Shown one piece after another: positions 17,334 through 26,981 of a DNA stretch of 64,000 bases. Origin of the DNA: Candidatus Margulisiibacteriota bacterium (GTDB lineage: Bacteria > Margulisbacteria > WOR-1 > O2-12-FULL-45-9 > XYB2-FULL-48-7); the NCBI GenBank assembly GCA_041650855.1, contig JBAZKJ010000002.1, positions 550,044 to 614,043 on the forward strand, given 5' to 3'. The notes beneath the pieces were generated by a model, which did no database searches, had not been told where the DNA came from, and worked only from the letters and a program-made list of their open reading frames with translations. The translations under genes and the position numbers were made by a program. Each line of letters starts with the position of its first letter. The first letter of the stretch is position 1.

Positions 17334-18872
17334 TTACATGGCCTCCGGTGCCTTGATACCCAATAATTCTAACACATTTCGCAGCGTGATTCGAGAAGCG
17401 TCGACCAGGACCAGCCGGGCGGGATTGCCGATCACCCGGCATTTTTCGTAAAAGTGGTGGAAGACCGTGGCCAGCTCCTTGCCGTATTCGGTCACCTTGT
17501 GCGGCTGGCGCAGCCGCGCGGCCCCCTCGACCACGTCCGGCCAACTGATCAGCTTCAGCATCAGCTCCCGCTCCGCCGGTTCGGTCAGGGTGGACAGGTC
17601 GGCTTTGCCCCGGCGTTCTTCCTCCCCCGCCTTCTTGATGATGCTGCAGATCCGGGCGTGCGCGTACTGCACGTAGTAGACGGGGTTGTCGCTGGACTGC
17701 TTCTTGGCCAGCTCCAGGTCGAAATCAAGGTGCGAATTGACGTCGGTCGCGGCGAAGAAAAAACGGGTCGCGTCGGCGCCGGTCTCGTCGATCACTTCCT
17801 GCAGGGTGACCATCTCGCCGGTCCTTTTCGACATCCGGACCGGTTCGTCGCCGCGGTAAAGCGTCACCAGCTGGCCGATGATGATCTCCAGCTTCTCCGC
17901 CGGCAGGCCCATCGCCGCGACCGCCGCCTTGACCCTTTTCACGTAACCGTGGTGGTCGGTCCCCCAGATATCGATCAGCCGGTCAAAACCGCGGGCGTAT
18001 TTGTCGAGATGATAGGCAAGATCGGCCGCAAAATAGGTCGGCGTCCCGTCGGCCCGGACCAGGACCCGGTTCTTGTCGTCGCCCATCTCCTGCGACTTGA
18101 ACCAGACCGCCCCCTCCTCCACCATCGTCTTGCCGTTCTTTGCCAGCCGGCCGATCGCTTCTTTAACTTCGCCTTTGGCGTGCAGGTCGCTCTCGTTAAA
18201 GAAGCGGGTAAATTCGACGCCGAGCTGTTTTAAGGTCGTTTTTTGCTCGCTGAGGATCGAACTGAGGCATTCTTCCTGGGAGTTTCCTTTGACGTCCTTA
18301 ATATAGGCCCCGCCGTAACCGTTCTCCGGGACCGGTTGACCGCTCCTTGCCGCCTGGACCGATTCCCAGAGCTTGTCGACCTGGTTGCCGATGTTATTGA
18401 CGTAAAATTCGGTCTCGACGCCGTAACCGGCCGCTTTGAGCAGGCGGGCGATGGCGTCGCCGATGACCGCCCAGCGGCCGTGCCCGACGTGCAGCGGGCC
18501 GGTCGGGTTCGCGGAAACGAATTCGAGCAGTATTTTAGTCCCTAGTCCCTTAGTCCCCTTTCCCCAGGCCCGATCCTTCGCAATGATCCCCAGAACGCTT
18601 TGTTGAATAAATTGTTCGTTCAAAAAGAAGTTGATGAACCCCGGTTTGACGACCTCGACCCGGTCGAACATGTCGGATTTAACGCGGGCGGCGATCGCCT
18701 CCGCCAGTTCAAGCGGTTGGCGGGATAAACGGCGGGCGCAAACGATCGCGGCGTTGGTGGCGTAATCCCCCAGCTCCCGCCGGGGCGGGATATCTAGCTT
18801 GACGCCTTTGGTTTCGTTAACGCCGAGCTCTGTGAGCGCCTCGGCGACCAGCAGTTCTAGTCTTTGCAGCAA
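17334..18872 (-). CDS. argS: Arginine--tRNA ligase
   Basis: Class I aaRS with HVGH-type motif (PTGPLHVGHGRWAVIGDAIARLL) and ArgRS anticodon-binding C-terminus. Confidence 0.8.
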   Translation of the reverse strand: MLQRLELLVAEALTELGVNETKGVKLDIPPRRELGDYATNAAIVCARRLSRQPLELAEAIAARVKSDMFDRVEVVKPGFINFFLNEQFIQQSVLGIIAKDRAWGKGTKGLGTKILLEFVSANPTGPLHVGHGRWAVIGDAIARLLKAAGYGVETEFYVNNIGNQVDKLWESVQAARSGQPVPENGYGGAYIKDVKGNSQEECLSSILSEQKTTLKQLGVEFTRFFNESDLHAKGEVKEAIGRLAKNGKTMVEEGAVWFKSQEMGDDKNRVLVRADGTPTYFAADLAYHLDKYARGFDRLIDIWGTDHHGYVKRVKAAVAAMGLPAEKLEIIIGQLVTLYRGDEPVRMSKRTGEMVTLQEVIDETGADATRFFFAATDVNSHLDFDLELAKKQSSDNPVYYVQYAHARICSIIKKAGEEERRGKADLSTLTEPAERELMLKLISWPDVVEGAARLRQPHKVTEYGKELATVFHHFYEKCRVIGNPARLVLVDASRITLRNVLELLGIKAPEAM

Positions 18873-19063
18873 TCAGAGTCTCCGCCGCAGCAGCCGCCCA
18901 TCTTCCCTTTTATCTCCTGGAACTTATCTTTCCCCTTTTCCACCGCGTCCTGCAGCTGTTTGCGGGAATCTTCCCCTTTTTGCGGGGCAAAAAGCAAGCC
19001 GGCGACCAGACCGAGCAACCCACCCAAAGTGACCGTTTTCAGGAAACCACCCATTTTACCCAT
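18857..19063 (-). CDS. YtxH-like small membrane protein with Cys-rich tail (CCGGDSDCC)
   Basis: 68 aa. N-terminal TM segment plus GxxxG, charged helical region, C-terminal CCGGDSDCCKD. Confidence 0.45.
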   Translation of the reverse strand: MGKMGGFLKTVTLGGLLGLVAGLLFAPQKGEDSRKQLQDAVEKGKDKFQEIKGKMGGCCGGDSDCCKD

Positions 19064-19064
19064 C

Positions 19065-19361
19065 TTATTTACCCTCCTTGCCGAAAAAGACCTGCAGCGC
19101 TTTCTTCAGACCGCCGAGGAACGCCACCATGGTCGAGCCGTCCTGCTCCTGGAACTTTTTCTTCGCGCCGCCCAGGCCGCCGACGACCAGCGTCACGATA
19201 TCGAGGACCGAGGCGACCGCCAGGAACTTGTTCTTGACCTCGTCGGTCATTTTGCGCAGGTCGAACAGGATCATGACCAGCTGGACGGCGCCAACGATCA
19301 GGGCAATGACCAGCAGGATCACGCAAAAGATCAGGGCGTTGACCAGGTAGACTTGCACCAT
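19065..19361 (-). CDS. DUF948-like membrane protein
   Basis: 98 aa. N-terminal TM helix then coiled region. Sits in a trio with two YtxH-like genes. Confidence 0.45.
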   Translation of the reverse strand: MVQVYLVNALIFCVILLVIALIVGAVQLVMILFDLRKMTDEVKNKFLAVASVLDIVTLVVGGLGGAKKKFQEQDGSTMVAFLGGLKKALQVFFGKEGK

Positions 19362-19363
19362 TA

Positions 19364-19588
19364 TTATTCCCCCTCTTTAAGCGACTTCGCGATCTCTTCT
19401 TTGCCGGCTTCGAACGCCTCGGAGAAACGCTCCACCACTCCATCCAGGCCGACTTCGCTCAACATCTGCTGGAGAGCGGCCCGCGATCTGGCGCCGGCGG
19501 CCGGCGCGAACAGGACACCGAGCGCCGCGCCGATCATGCCGCCGAGCAGCAAACCTTCCAGTAGATTGGAACCGTGCCGTTCGCTCAT
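19364..19588 (-). CDS. YtxH-like small membrane protein
   Basis: 74 aa. LLLGGMIGAALGVLFAPAAG TM/GxxxG then acidic helix. Confidence 0.45.
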   Translation of the reverse strand: MSERHGSNLLEGLLLGGMIGAALGVLFAPAAGARSRAALQQMLSEVGLDGVVERFSEAFEAGKEEIAKSLKEGE

Positions 19589-19589
19589 C

Positions 19590-20453
19590 TTATTTCCCCC
19601 GCGGGTACGAGCCGAGCAGCTTGAGCCGCGAGGTCTTCCGCTTGATCTCTTTGAGGGTCTCGGCGATCTCCCGGTCGTTCCGGTGTCCCAACATGTCGAC
19701 GAAGAAATAGTAATCGCCGAGCGCCTTTTTAGAAGGCCGCGACTCGATCTTGGTCAGATTGATATTGCGGACGGCGAATTCGCTGAGCACGTCGTGCAGG
19801 CCGCCCGGCCGGTCGCTGGCGATGGAAAAGACGATCGAGGTCTTGTCGCGCCCGGTCCGCGGGTGGTCCTTTTTCGAGAGCACGACGAAGCGGGTCCGAT
19901 TATCCTGGGCGTTGATCTTGGCGGAAACGATGCGCAGGTTATAAAGCTTGGCGGAGGCAGCCGTACCGATCGCCGCAAAGACGCTCCCCTTGACCCGCCC
20001 GTGCGCGATGACCTTTTCGCCCAGCGAGGTCGCCACCTGGCGGACCGCGTCGGCGGAACTGTAAGCCAGGTGGAGCTTGACCCCGGGCAGATGTTTCCGC
20101 AGGAAATCCTTGCACTGGTCCAGTACCTGGGGGTTGGAAATGACGTCGGTGATCTCCTGAAGGCCGATCCCTTTCTGGACGATCAGGTAATGATAGATCG
20201 GGATGACCAGCTCCTGCCGGATCAGCAGATCGACGTCCTTGACCAGCATGTCGGTCACGGTGCCGATCGTCCCCTCGATCGAGTTCTCGATCGGGACGAT
20301 CGCCTCGTTGATCTTGCCGCGGTCGGCGGCGTAGAGCACGTCGTGGATCGTGGAGAACGGGAGCAGTTCCGCTTTATCCTCGAGCTTTTTCAAGTAAAGC
20401 TGGCAGGCCTCTTCGCTGTTCGTCCCCTCAGGACCGAGAAATCCTACCTTCAT
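19590..20453 (-). CDS. pheA: Prephenate dehydratase
   Basis: PDT domain plus C-terminal ACT domain. [17 protein letters not shown]-terminus. Confidence 0.8.
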   Translation of the reverse strand: MKVGFLGPEGTNSEEACQLYLKKLEDKAELLPFSTIHDVLYAADRGKINEAIVPIENSIEGTIGTVTDMLVKDVDLLIRQELVIPIYHYLIVQKGIGLQEITDVISNPQVLDQCKDFLRKHLPGVKLHLAYSSADAVRQVATSLGEKVIAHGRVKGSVFAAIGTAASAKLYNLRIVSAKINAQDNRTRFVVLSKKDHPRTGRDKTSIVFSIASDRPGGLHDVLSEFAVRNINLTKIESRPSKKALGDYYFFVDMLGHRNDREIAETLKEIKRKTSRLKLLGSYPRGK

Positions 20454-20889
20454 ATTTCACTACCTCCAGATCAGATTCTTTCAGCATCTCCTGGGCCAAT
20501 TCGTCCGGATACCCGCCGGTGTAAACCAGCCTGACGATGCCGGCATTGATCATCATTTTAACACAGATGACGCACGGCTGATAGTTGCAGTACATCGTCC
20601 CCCCTTCGATCCGCACCCCGTGCCAGGCGGCCTGGATGATGGCGTTCTGCTCGGCGTGCAGGCCGCGGCAGAGTTCGTGCCGCTGGCCGGAGGGGACGTT
20701 CATCTGCTTGCGGATGCAGGTCTGCTCCGTGCAGTGGTCAAAACCTTTTGGCGCGCCGTTGTAGCCGCTGGCCAGGATCCGGTGGTCTTTGACGATGATC
20801 GCGCCGACCTGGCGTTTGATGCAGGTGGCCCGTTCGGAGACGTCCTGGGCGATCTTCAGAAAATAGTCGTCCCATGAAGGCCTGGTCAT
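20428..20889 (-). CDS. dCMP/cytidine deaminase family protein (ComEB/Dcd-like)
   Basis: Zinc-binding HAEQNAI…PCVICVKMM (H-A-E … PC..C) CDA-fold motifs. 153 aa. Confidence 0.75.
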   Translation of the reverse strand: MTRPSWDDYFLKIAQDVSERATCIKRQVGAIIVKDHRILASGYNGAPKGFDHCTEQTCIRKQMNVPSGQRHELCRGLHAEQNAIIQAAWHGVRIEGGTMYCNYQPCVICVKMMINAGIVRLVYTGGYPDELAQEMLKESDLEVVKYEGRISRS

Positions 20890-21851
20890 TTTTTCCTCTT
20901 CAGGACTGCCTGGACGGCCGTGACAATGTTTTCGGGGGTCAAGCCGTATTTGACCAGGAGCTCGTCGGGGGTGCCCGATTCGCCGAACACGTCGTGCAAG
21001 CCGACCCGGGCCATCGGCACCGTTTCGTTCTCCACCACCACTTCCGCCACGGCGCCGCCCAGCCCGCCGAGGATCGAGTGCTCTTCGGCCGTCACGATCG
21101 CGCCGGTCTCGCGCGCGCAGCGGACGATCAGCTCTTTATCCAGCGGCTTGATCGTGTGCATGTTGACCACGCGTGCGTCGATCCCCGCTTTGCCCAGGAT
21201 CTCCGCCGCGGCCAGCGCTTTGCCGACCATCATACCGCAGGCGATGATCGTCGCGGCCTTGCCTTCTTTCAGCACGACCCCCCGGCCGATCTTGAATTCG
21301 TAATTTACCCCTTCGGTAATGACCGGGGTCTTGGGCCGGCTGAGGCGGATATACATCGGTCCGTAAAGAGCGACCGCCGCCCGGATGACCTTTTCGGTCT
21401 CCAGCGCGTCGGCCGGCACGACTACCGTCAGGTTCGGGATCGCCCGCATGATGGCGATATCCTCGTTCGCCTGGTGCGAAGCGCCGTCTTCGCCGGTGGT
21501 AATGCCGGCGTGGGTAACGACCACTTTTACGTTCAGGCGGGTATAAGCGACCGACATCCTGATCTGGTCCCAGGCGCGGCCGGAAGCAAAGACGGCAAAA
21601 GTCGAAGCGAAAGCGATCTTGCCGGCCGCCGCCAGGCCGGCGGCGGTGCCGATCATGTCCTGTTCGGCGATCCCCAGGTCAAAAAAGCGGTCGGGAAAAG
21701 CCTTGGCAAAAGTGCAGGTCTTGGTCGACACGGAGAGATCGGCGTCGAGAACGACAATATCCTTGTTCTCTTTGCCGAGCTCGGCCAGGACCCGGCCGTA
21801 AGCGTCGCGGGTCGCTTCGCTCCTCATCGGTCCGGCCCCGGCAGCCGGCAA
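20886..21851 (-). CDS. Transketolase, C-terminal (pyrimidine-binding) subunit
   Basis: Split transketolase. 321 aa with Pyr-binding and C-terminal domains. Confidence 0.8.
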   Translation of the reverse strand: MPAAGAGPMRSEATRDAYGRVLAELGKENKDIVVLDADLSVSTKTCTFAKAFPDRFFDLGIAEQDMIGTAAGLAAAGKIAFASTFAVFASGRAWDQIRMSVAYTRLNVKVVVTHAGITTGEDGASHQANEDIAIMRAIPNLTVVVPADALETEKVIRAAVALYGPMYIRLSRPKTPVITEGVNYEFKIGRGVVLKEGKAATIIACGMMVGKALAAAEILGKAGIDARVVNMHTIKPLDKELIVRCARETGAIVTAEEHSILGGLGGAVAEVVVENETVPMARVGLHDVFGESGTPDELLVKYGLTPENIVTAVQAVLKRKK

Positions 21852-22657
21852 AGTTCGCCCAGCGCTTTTTTCTCTTCGTCCGGCGAGGGCGCCTTACCGT
21901 GGTAATCGAGCGGGTTCGCTTCCATGAAACTGACCCCTTTCCCCTTGATGGTGTTGGCAATAATCACGGTCGGTTTTCCCTTTGCCTGTCCGGCCTGGTC
22001 CAGCGCCGCAATGAGCGCCGGGACCTGATGCCCGTCGCAGGTGATAACGTTCCAGCCAAAGGCTTTCCACCGGTCCGCCAGCGGCGCCAGGTTCTTGATG
22101 TCTGCCAGGCAGCCGTCGATCTGGAACTTGTTGTGATCGACGATCGCCGTTAAGTTGTCGAGCTTATAATGGGCCGCGGTCATCACCGCTTCCCAGACCT
22201 GCCCCTCCTGGCATTCGCCGTCGCCCAGCAGGCAATAGACGCGCCAGGCCTTTTTATCGAGGCGGGCGGCCAGCGCCATGCCGTTCGCCGCCGACAGCCC
22301 CTGGCCGAGCGAGCCGGTCGACATTTCGATCCCGGGGAGCGACAGCATATCGATGTGCCCTTGCAGCGCGCTGCCGACCCGGCGCAAGGTCTTGAGGTAA
22401 TCGACGGGGAAATATCCCGACTCCGCCAGCGCGGCGTAGAGGACCGGCGCAGCGTGGCCCTTGCTCATCACGAAGCGGTCGCGGTCCGCCCAGTTCGGTT
22501 CCTGCGGTTTGTGCCGGAGCTGGTGGAAATAAAGGACGGCGATGATGTCGGCCGCCGAGAGCGAGCCGCCCGGATGCCCGGAAGCGGCCGCGCAGGTCAT
22601 CTGGATAATGTGCTGGCGCAGCTTGTTCGCTTTCGCTTCCAGTTCTTTGCCGTTCAT
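21824..22657 (-). CDS. Transketolase, N-terminal (TPP-binding) subunit
   Basis: 277 aa with a TPP-binding GDG…N motif (LGDGECQEGQVWEA). Confidence 0.8.
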   Translation of the reverse strand: MNGKELEAKANKLRQHIIQMTCAAASGHPGGSLSAADIIAVLYFHQLRHKPQEPNWADRDRFVMSKGHAAPVLYAALAESGYFPVDYLKTLRRVGSALQGHIDMLSLPGIEMSTGSLGQGLSAANGMALAARLDKKAWRVYCLLGDGECQEGQVWEAVMTAAHYKLDNLTAIVDHNKFQIDGCLADIKNLAPLADRWKAFGWNVITCDGHQVPALIAALDQAGQAKGKPTVIIANTIKGKGVSFMEANPLDYHGKAPSPDEEKKALGELCRLPGPDR

Positions 22658-23514
22658 AAATTCGATTTTACCATGATTTTCAGCTCCGGCTCAAGTTTGA
22701 TTTTTGCCCGCTCCATCATCCTGGTCATCAGCTTCAGAACGTCGCGCGCTTTGGCCTCGCCCAGGTTGACGATAAAGTTCGCGTGCTTGGGCGAGACCTG
22801 TGCGTCGCCAAAACGCATCCCTTTACAGCCCGCCGCTTCCAGCAGTTTGCCGGCGTATTTGCCCGGCGGGTTTTTAAAGACCGAACCGGCGTTCGGGCTC
22901 CCCAGCGGCTGTTTGGCCTGGCGCTCTTTGAGAAAAGCCTTGATGCGCGCCTTGATCGACCGCTTGCGCCCCCGGCGGAGGCGCAGGACAACTTCGACGA
23001 CCAGGTACTTGCCGCTCTGCAGCGCGCTGCGCCGGTAACCGAAGCGGAGAGCGGCCGGCCGCAAAACCTTTTCCCGTCCGGCCTGATCGAGCACGACCAC
23101 CCGGACGACCGAACGGCCGATCGCCTTTCCCCAGGCGCCCGCGTTCATCACCACGGCGCCCCCGACGGTCCCCGGGATACCGGCCAGGAACTCCAGGCCG
23201 GAAAGACCGTGACGCTGCGCGGTGTTGACCAAAAGCGGCAGCGGCGTTCCGCCGCCGGCATGGACCATCCGCCCGTGGACCGTCAGCTTGTTCAGGCCGC
23301 CGGCGAACTTGATGACCAGGCCGCGGAACCCCTTGTCCAGACATAACAGGTTCGTCCCCGCCCCCATGATCGCGACCGCCATTTTCCTGACCCGGGCAAA
23401 GGTCAGCGCTTCGGCCAGTTCGGCAACGTCCCGCGGCACGCAAAAATAGTCCGCCGGTCCGCCGATGCGGAACGAAGTGTGTTTTTTTAACGGCTCGTTG
23501 CGCGCCAGTTTCAT
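22654..23514 (-). CDS. murB: UDP-N-acetylenolpyruvoylglucosamine reductase
   Basis: FAD-binding PCMH domain. HTSFRIGGPADYF MurB N-terminus. Confidence 0.85.
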   Translation of the reverse strand: MKLARNEPLKKHTSFRIGGPADYFCVPRDVAELAEALTFARVRKMAVAIMGAGTNLLCLDKGFRGLVIKFAGGLNKLTVHGRMVHAGGGTPLPLLVNTAQRHGLSGLEFLAGIPGTVGGAVVMNAGAWGKAIGRSVVRVVVLDQAGREKVLRPAALRFGYRRSALQSGKYLVVEVVLRLRRGRKRSIKARIKAFLKERQAKQPLGSPNAGSVFKNPPGKYAGKLLEAAGCKGMRFGDAQVSPKHANFIVNLGEAKARDVLKLMTRMMERAKIKLEPELKIMVKSNL

Positions 23515-24893
23515 GGTTTCATCTTTAAGCGGGAGAGGATCTCTTTCCCGACGTTGAAGATATCTCCCGCTCCCAGGGTCATGACAATGTCCCCTTCTTT
23601 CAGTTCGCCGATCAGCGCCTGGGCGATCTGCTCTTTTTTCGGGATAAAGGTCGTTTTGGCCGCCGGGAGCTGGTCCGAGATCGTCCGGCCGGTCACGCCC
23701 GGGATCGGTTTCTCGGACGCGGCGTAGATGTCGGTGATGATCACCTTATCGGCGTTATCGAACGCCTTGCCGAACTGCTCTTTCAGCAGGAAGGTCCGGG
23801 TGTACCGGTGCGGCTGAAAAACGCAGATGATCCGGCGCCCCGGCCAACCCGAGCGGGCGGCCGCCAAAGTCGCCTTGATCTCGGTCGGATGATGGGCGTA
23901 ATCGTCGATGATCAGAACCCCGTCCTGTTCCCCGACGGTGGAGAAACGCCGCCGGGCGCCGATGAAGGTCTGCAGCGCGTTGGCGATCGTGGCGAAATCC
24001 AGGCCGTATTCCTGGCAGACGGCAAAGACCGCCAGGCTGTTCAGCACGTTCTGCCAGCCGGGAACGGAGAGCGTGACCTTCCCCTGCTCTTCGCCGTTGT
24101 GCAGGAGCGTGTAAGCCGAGCTGAAGTTGGCGAATTTGAGGTCGGCGGCGCTGTACTGCATCTCGGCATCCAGGCCGTAAGTGATGAAGCGGCGGTTAAC
24201 CGCTTTTTTCAGGTGCTGGTTGTTCCGGTCGGTCCCGTCGATCGCGATAAAACCTTCGGGATCGACCTTTTCGGCGAACCGCTCGAAGGTCGCGAACAGC
24301 TCTTCCATGCTGCCGAAATGCTCCATGTGGTCCGCTTCGATGTTGGTGATGACCGCGGCGGTCGGCGCGTAATAGAGGAACGAGCTGTCCGATTCGTCGG
24401 CCTCGGCGACGAAGAACTGGCCGTCGCCCAGCTTGGCGTTCCCGTCCATGTAATCCATGTCGCAGCCGATCAGGTAGGTCGGATTGAGCTTGGCCGCTTC
24501 CAGCACCCGGGCGATCATCGCCGTGGTCGTCGTCTTGCCGTGCGTCCCGGCGACCGCGATCTTCAGCCGGGACCGCTGCATGATCCAGGCCAGGACCTCG
24601 GCCCGCTTGGCGATCTTGATCCCTTTGGCCCGGGCCTCTTTCATTTCCGGGTTTTCTTCGGTGACCGCCGAGGAATAGACCAGGATGTCGGCGTCGCGGA
24701 CCTGGGACGATTCGTGCCCGATGTGGATCTTGACCCCCAGGTCCTTGAGCCGGATCGTGTTCGGCCCTTCCTTGAGGTCCGACCCGCTGACCTTGAAGCC
24801 CATCTCGTGCAGTATCCGGGCGATGCCGGAAACGCCGCAGCCGCCGACCCCGACCAGGTGGATATTTTTTGCCCGTTCGAGATCTAGTTCCAT
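23511..24893 (-). CDS. murC: UDP-N-acetylmuramate--L-alanine ligase
   Basis: Mur ligase with IHLVGVGGCGVSGIA N-terminus and GTHGKTTTT P-loop. Confidence 0.85.
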   Translation of the reverse strand: MELDLERAKNIHLVGVGGCGVSGIARILHEMGFKVSGSDLKEGPNTIRLKDLGVKIHIGHESSQVRDADILVYSSAVTEENPEMKEARAKGIKIAKRAEVLAWIMQRSRLKIAVAGTHGKTTTTAMIARVLEAAKLNPTYLIGCDMDYMDGNAKLGDGQFFVAEADESDSSFLYYAPTAAVITNIEADHMEHFGSMEELFATFERFAEKVDPEGFIAIDGTDRNNQHLKKAVNRRFITYGLDAEMQYSAADLKFANFSSAYTLLHNGEEQGKVTLSVPGWQNVLNSLAVFAVCQEYGLDFATIANALQTFIGARRRFSTVGEQDGVLIIDDYAHHPTEIKATLAAARSGWPGRRIICVFQPHRYTRTFLLKEQFGKAFDNADKVIITDIYAASEKPIPGVTGRTISDQLPAAKTTFIPKKEQIAQALIGELKEGDIVMTLGAGDIFNVGKEILSRLKMKP

Positions 24894-25912
24894 AGCGCCT
24901 CGGCGATCAGCCGGGCCGCTGCCGGCCGGGCCAGTTTTTTGGCGTTCTCGCCCATCCGCGGCAGATCGAGCGTTCGATCGTTCAGCAAGGCCAGGAACCG
25001 TTCGGCGGTAAAATCACGGTCGGCGATCTTGCGCGCCGCGCCGCCGCGGACCATGACATCGGCATTCAGCTCCTGGTGGTCTTCGGCCGCGTAAGGGTAC
25101 GGGACCAGGACCATCGGCAGGCCGACGACCGTGAATTCGGCGAGCGCCGTGGCGCCGGCCCGGCTGACGACCAGATCGGCCCCGGCCAAAGCTTCCGCCA
25201 TGTCAGCGATGTACTCCAGCGGCCGGTAATGTTCGGAACGCAGGTGTCCGTATTGGGGAAAATCGCGCCGGCCGACGCTGTGCACGATCTCCCAGCGGCG
25301 GCCGTCCACTTTCGGCAACGCCGCGGCGACCGCCTGGTTCAAGCTTCTCGCTCCCTGCGATCCGCCCAGGACCAGCACGACTTGTCTGTCCTTTTTGGTC
25401 CGGCGCGCTTTCAGGATCTCCGCCCGGACCGGGTTACCGACCACCTCGCCCGCGCAATACTTCAGCGACTCGGGAAAAGAGAGAAAAACCTTGTCGGCCA
25501 GCCGGAAAGCCAATTTGTTGGTCACGCCGGGGAGAACGTTCTGCTCGTGGACATAAAGCTTGATCCCCAGCGCTTTGGCGGCCAGGACGACCGGCAGCGC
25601 CGCGTAACCGCCCATGGTCAGCACCACCCGGGGCGCAAAAGCCGCCAGTATCGCCAACGCCTGGAAAAAGCCGATGATCGTCACGAACGGGGCGGTCACC
25701 GCCTTGTAAGAAAATTGCCGCGTCAGCGCCCGCGCCCTGATCAGCTTCAAGTTAAAACCGGCCGGCGGGACCAGCTCTTTTTCCAGCCCGGCGGCGCTGC
25801 CGATAAAAAGGATGTCCGCTCCGGCCAGGGCTTGAGCGACCGCGATCCCCGGATAAATATGGCCGCCGGTCCCCCCAGCGACGATCACGACTTTACGGTT
25901 TTCTGGAGACAT
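24884..25912 (-). CDS. murG: Undecaprenyldiphospho-muramoylpentapeptide beta-N-acetylglucosaminyltransferase
   Basis: GT28. VIVAGGTGGHIYPGIAVAQAL N-terminus. Confidence 0.85.
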   Translation of the reverse strand: MSPENRKVVIVAGGTGGHIYPGIAVAQALAGADILFIGSAAGLEKELVPPAGFNLKLIRARALTRQFSYKAVTAPFVTIIGFFQALAILAAFAPRVVLTMGGYAALPVVLAAKALGIKLYVHEQNVLPGVTNKLAFRLADKVFLSFPESLKYCAGEVVGNPVRAEILKARRTKKDRQVVLVLGGSQGARSLNQAVAAALPKVDGRRWEIVHSVGRRDFPQYGHLRSEHYRPLEYIADMAEALAGADLVVSRAGATALAEFTVVGLPMVLVPYPYAAEDHQELNADVMVRGGAARKIADRDFTAERFLALLNDRTLDLPRMGENAKKLARPAAARLIAEALWN

Positions 25913-26981
25913 TTAACACTACTCCCACGGCGAACAGATTGATAATGGTCGCGGTCCCGCCGTAACTGATGAACGGCAAAGGGATGCCGGTCGTCGGTAT
26001 GATCCCGAGCACCACCATGATATTGATCAGCGCCTGAATTGTCAGCCAGCTGACCAGGCCGACGGCCAGGTAACGCTTGAAGTCGTCTTTGGCCGCCATA
26101 GCGATCAAGAAGCCCCGGGCCGCGAACAGGGAAAACAAACAGACCACCGCCGCGCCGCCGACGAAACCGAGCTCTTCGCACAGGATCGCGAAGATAAAAT
26201 CGGTGAATTGCTGCGGCAGGTAAAAGAACTTTTGCCGCGAAGCGCCCAAGCCCAGGCCGAACAAACCGCCGGAACCGACGGCGAGGAGCGACTGGATGAT
26301 GTGAAAACCGATCCCCTGAGGGTCCTGCCACGGGTCAAGATAAGCCAGCAGGCGCCGCAGGCGATACGGCGTGGTAATGCTGAGCGCGGCGATCACCAGT
26401 ATGCCCAGCAGGCCCAGGCCACCCAGATGCCAGAGATTCGCTCCGGCCACGAACAGCATGACAAAAAAGGTCCCGGCGATCGCCAGGTTCGTCCCCATGT
26501 CGGGCTGCTTCATGATCAGGAGCGAGACCAGGCCCAACAACAGCAACGGCGGCAAGAACCCCTTGACCAGGTCGCCGAGCACTGTTTTGCGGTCCGCCAG
26601 CCACTTGGCCATGAACAGGACCATGGCGAACTTGATAAACTCGGAAGGCTGGAACGACAGGATACCGAGGTCGATCCAGCGCGAGGCGCCCAGCACCTTG
26701 CGGCCTACTCCGGGAATAAAGACGGCGATCAGCAGGGCGACCGCCATGACCATGATCAAACCGGCTTTGCTTTTCAGGTTATCAAGGTCGAGCCGGTAGG
26801 CATAATACAACGCGGCGAAGCCGAGCGCCAGATAAAAGAGCTGGCGCTTGACGAAATAAAGCGTGTCCCCGTATTTCATCGCCATCGTCGGACTGGCGGA
26901 AAAGACCATGGTCAACCCGACGGCGCAGAGCGCGATGACGGCGAACAGAAATAAATAGTCTAGGCTTTTAGGCTTCGGCAT
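25893..26981 (-). CDS. ftsW: SEDS family peptidoglycan glycosyltransferase FtsW
   Basis: Polytopic FtsW/RodA/SpoVE family protein in the dcw context between murG and murD. Confidence 0.8.
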   Translation of the reverse strand: MPKPKSLDYLFLFAVIALCAVGLTMVFSASPTMAMKYGDTLYFVKRQLFYLALGFAALYYAYRLDLDNLKSKAGLIMVMAVALLIAVFIPGVGRKVLGASRWIDLGILSFQPSEFIKFAMVLFMAKWLADRKTVLGDLVKGFLPPLLLLGLVSLLIMKQPDMGTNLAIAGTFFVMLFVAGANLWHLGGLGLLGILVIAALSITTPYRLRRLLAYLDPWQDPQGIGFHIIQSLLAVGSGGLFGLGLGASRQKFFYLPQQFTDFIFAILCEELGFVGGAAVVCLFSLFAARGFLIAMAAKDDFKRYLAVGLVSWLTIQALINIMVVLGIIPTTGIPLPFISYGGTATIINLFAVGVVLNVSRKP

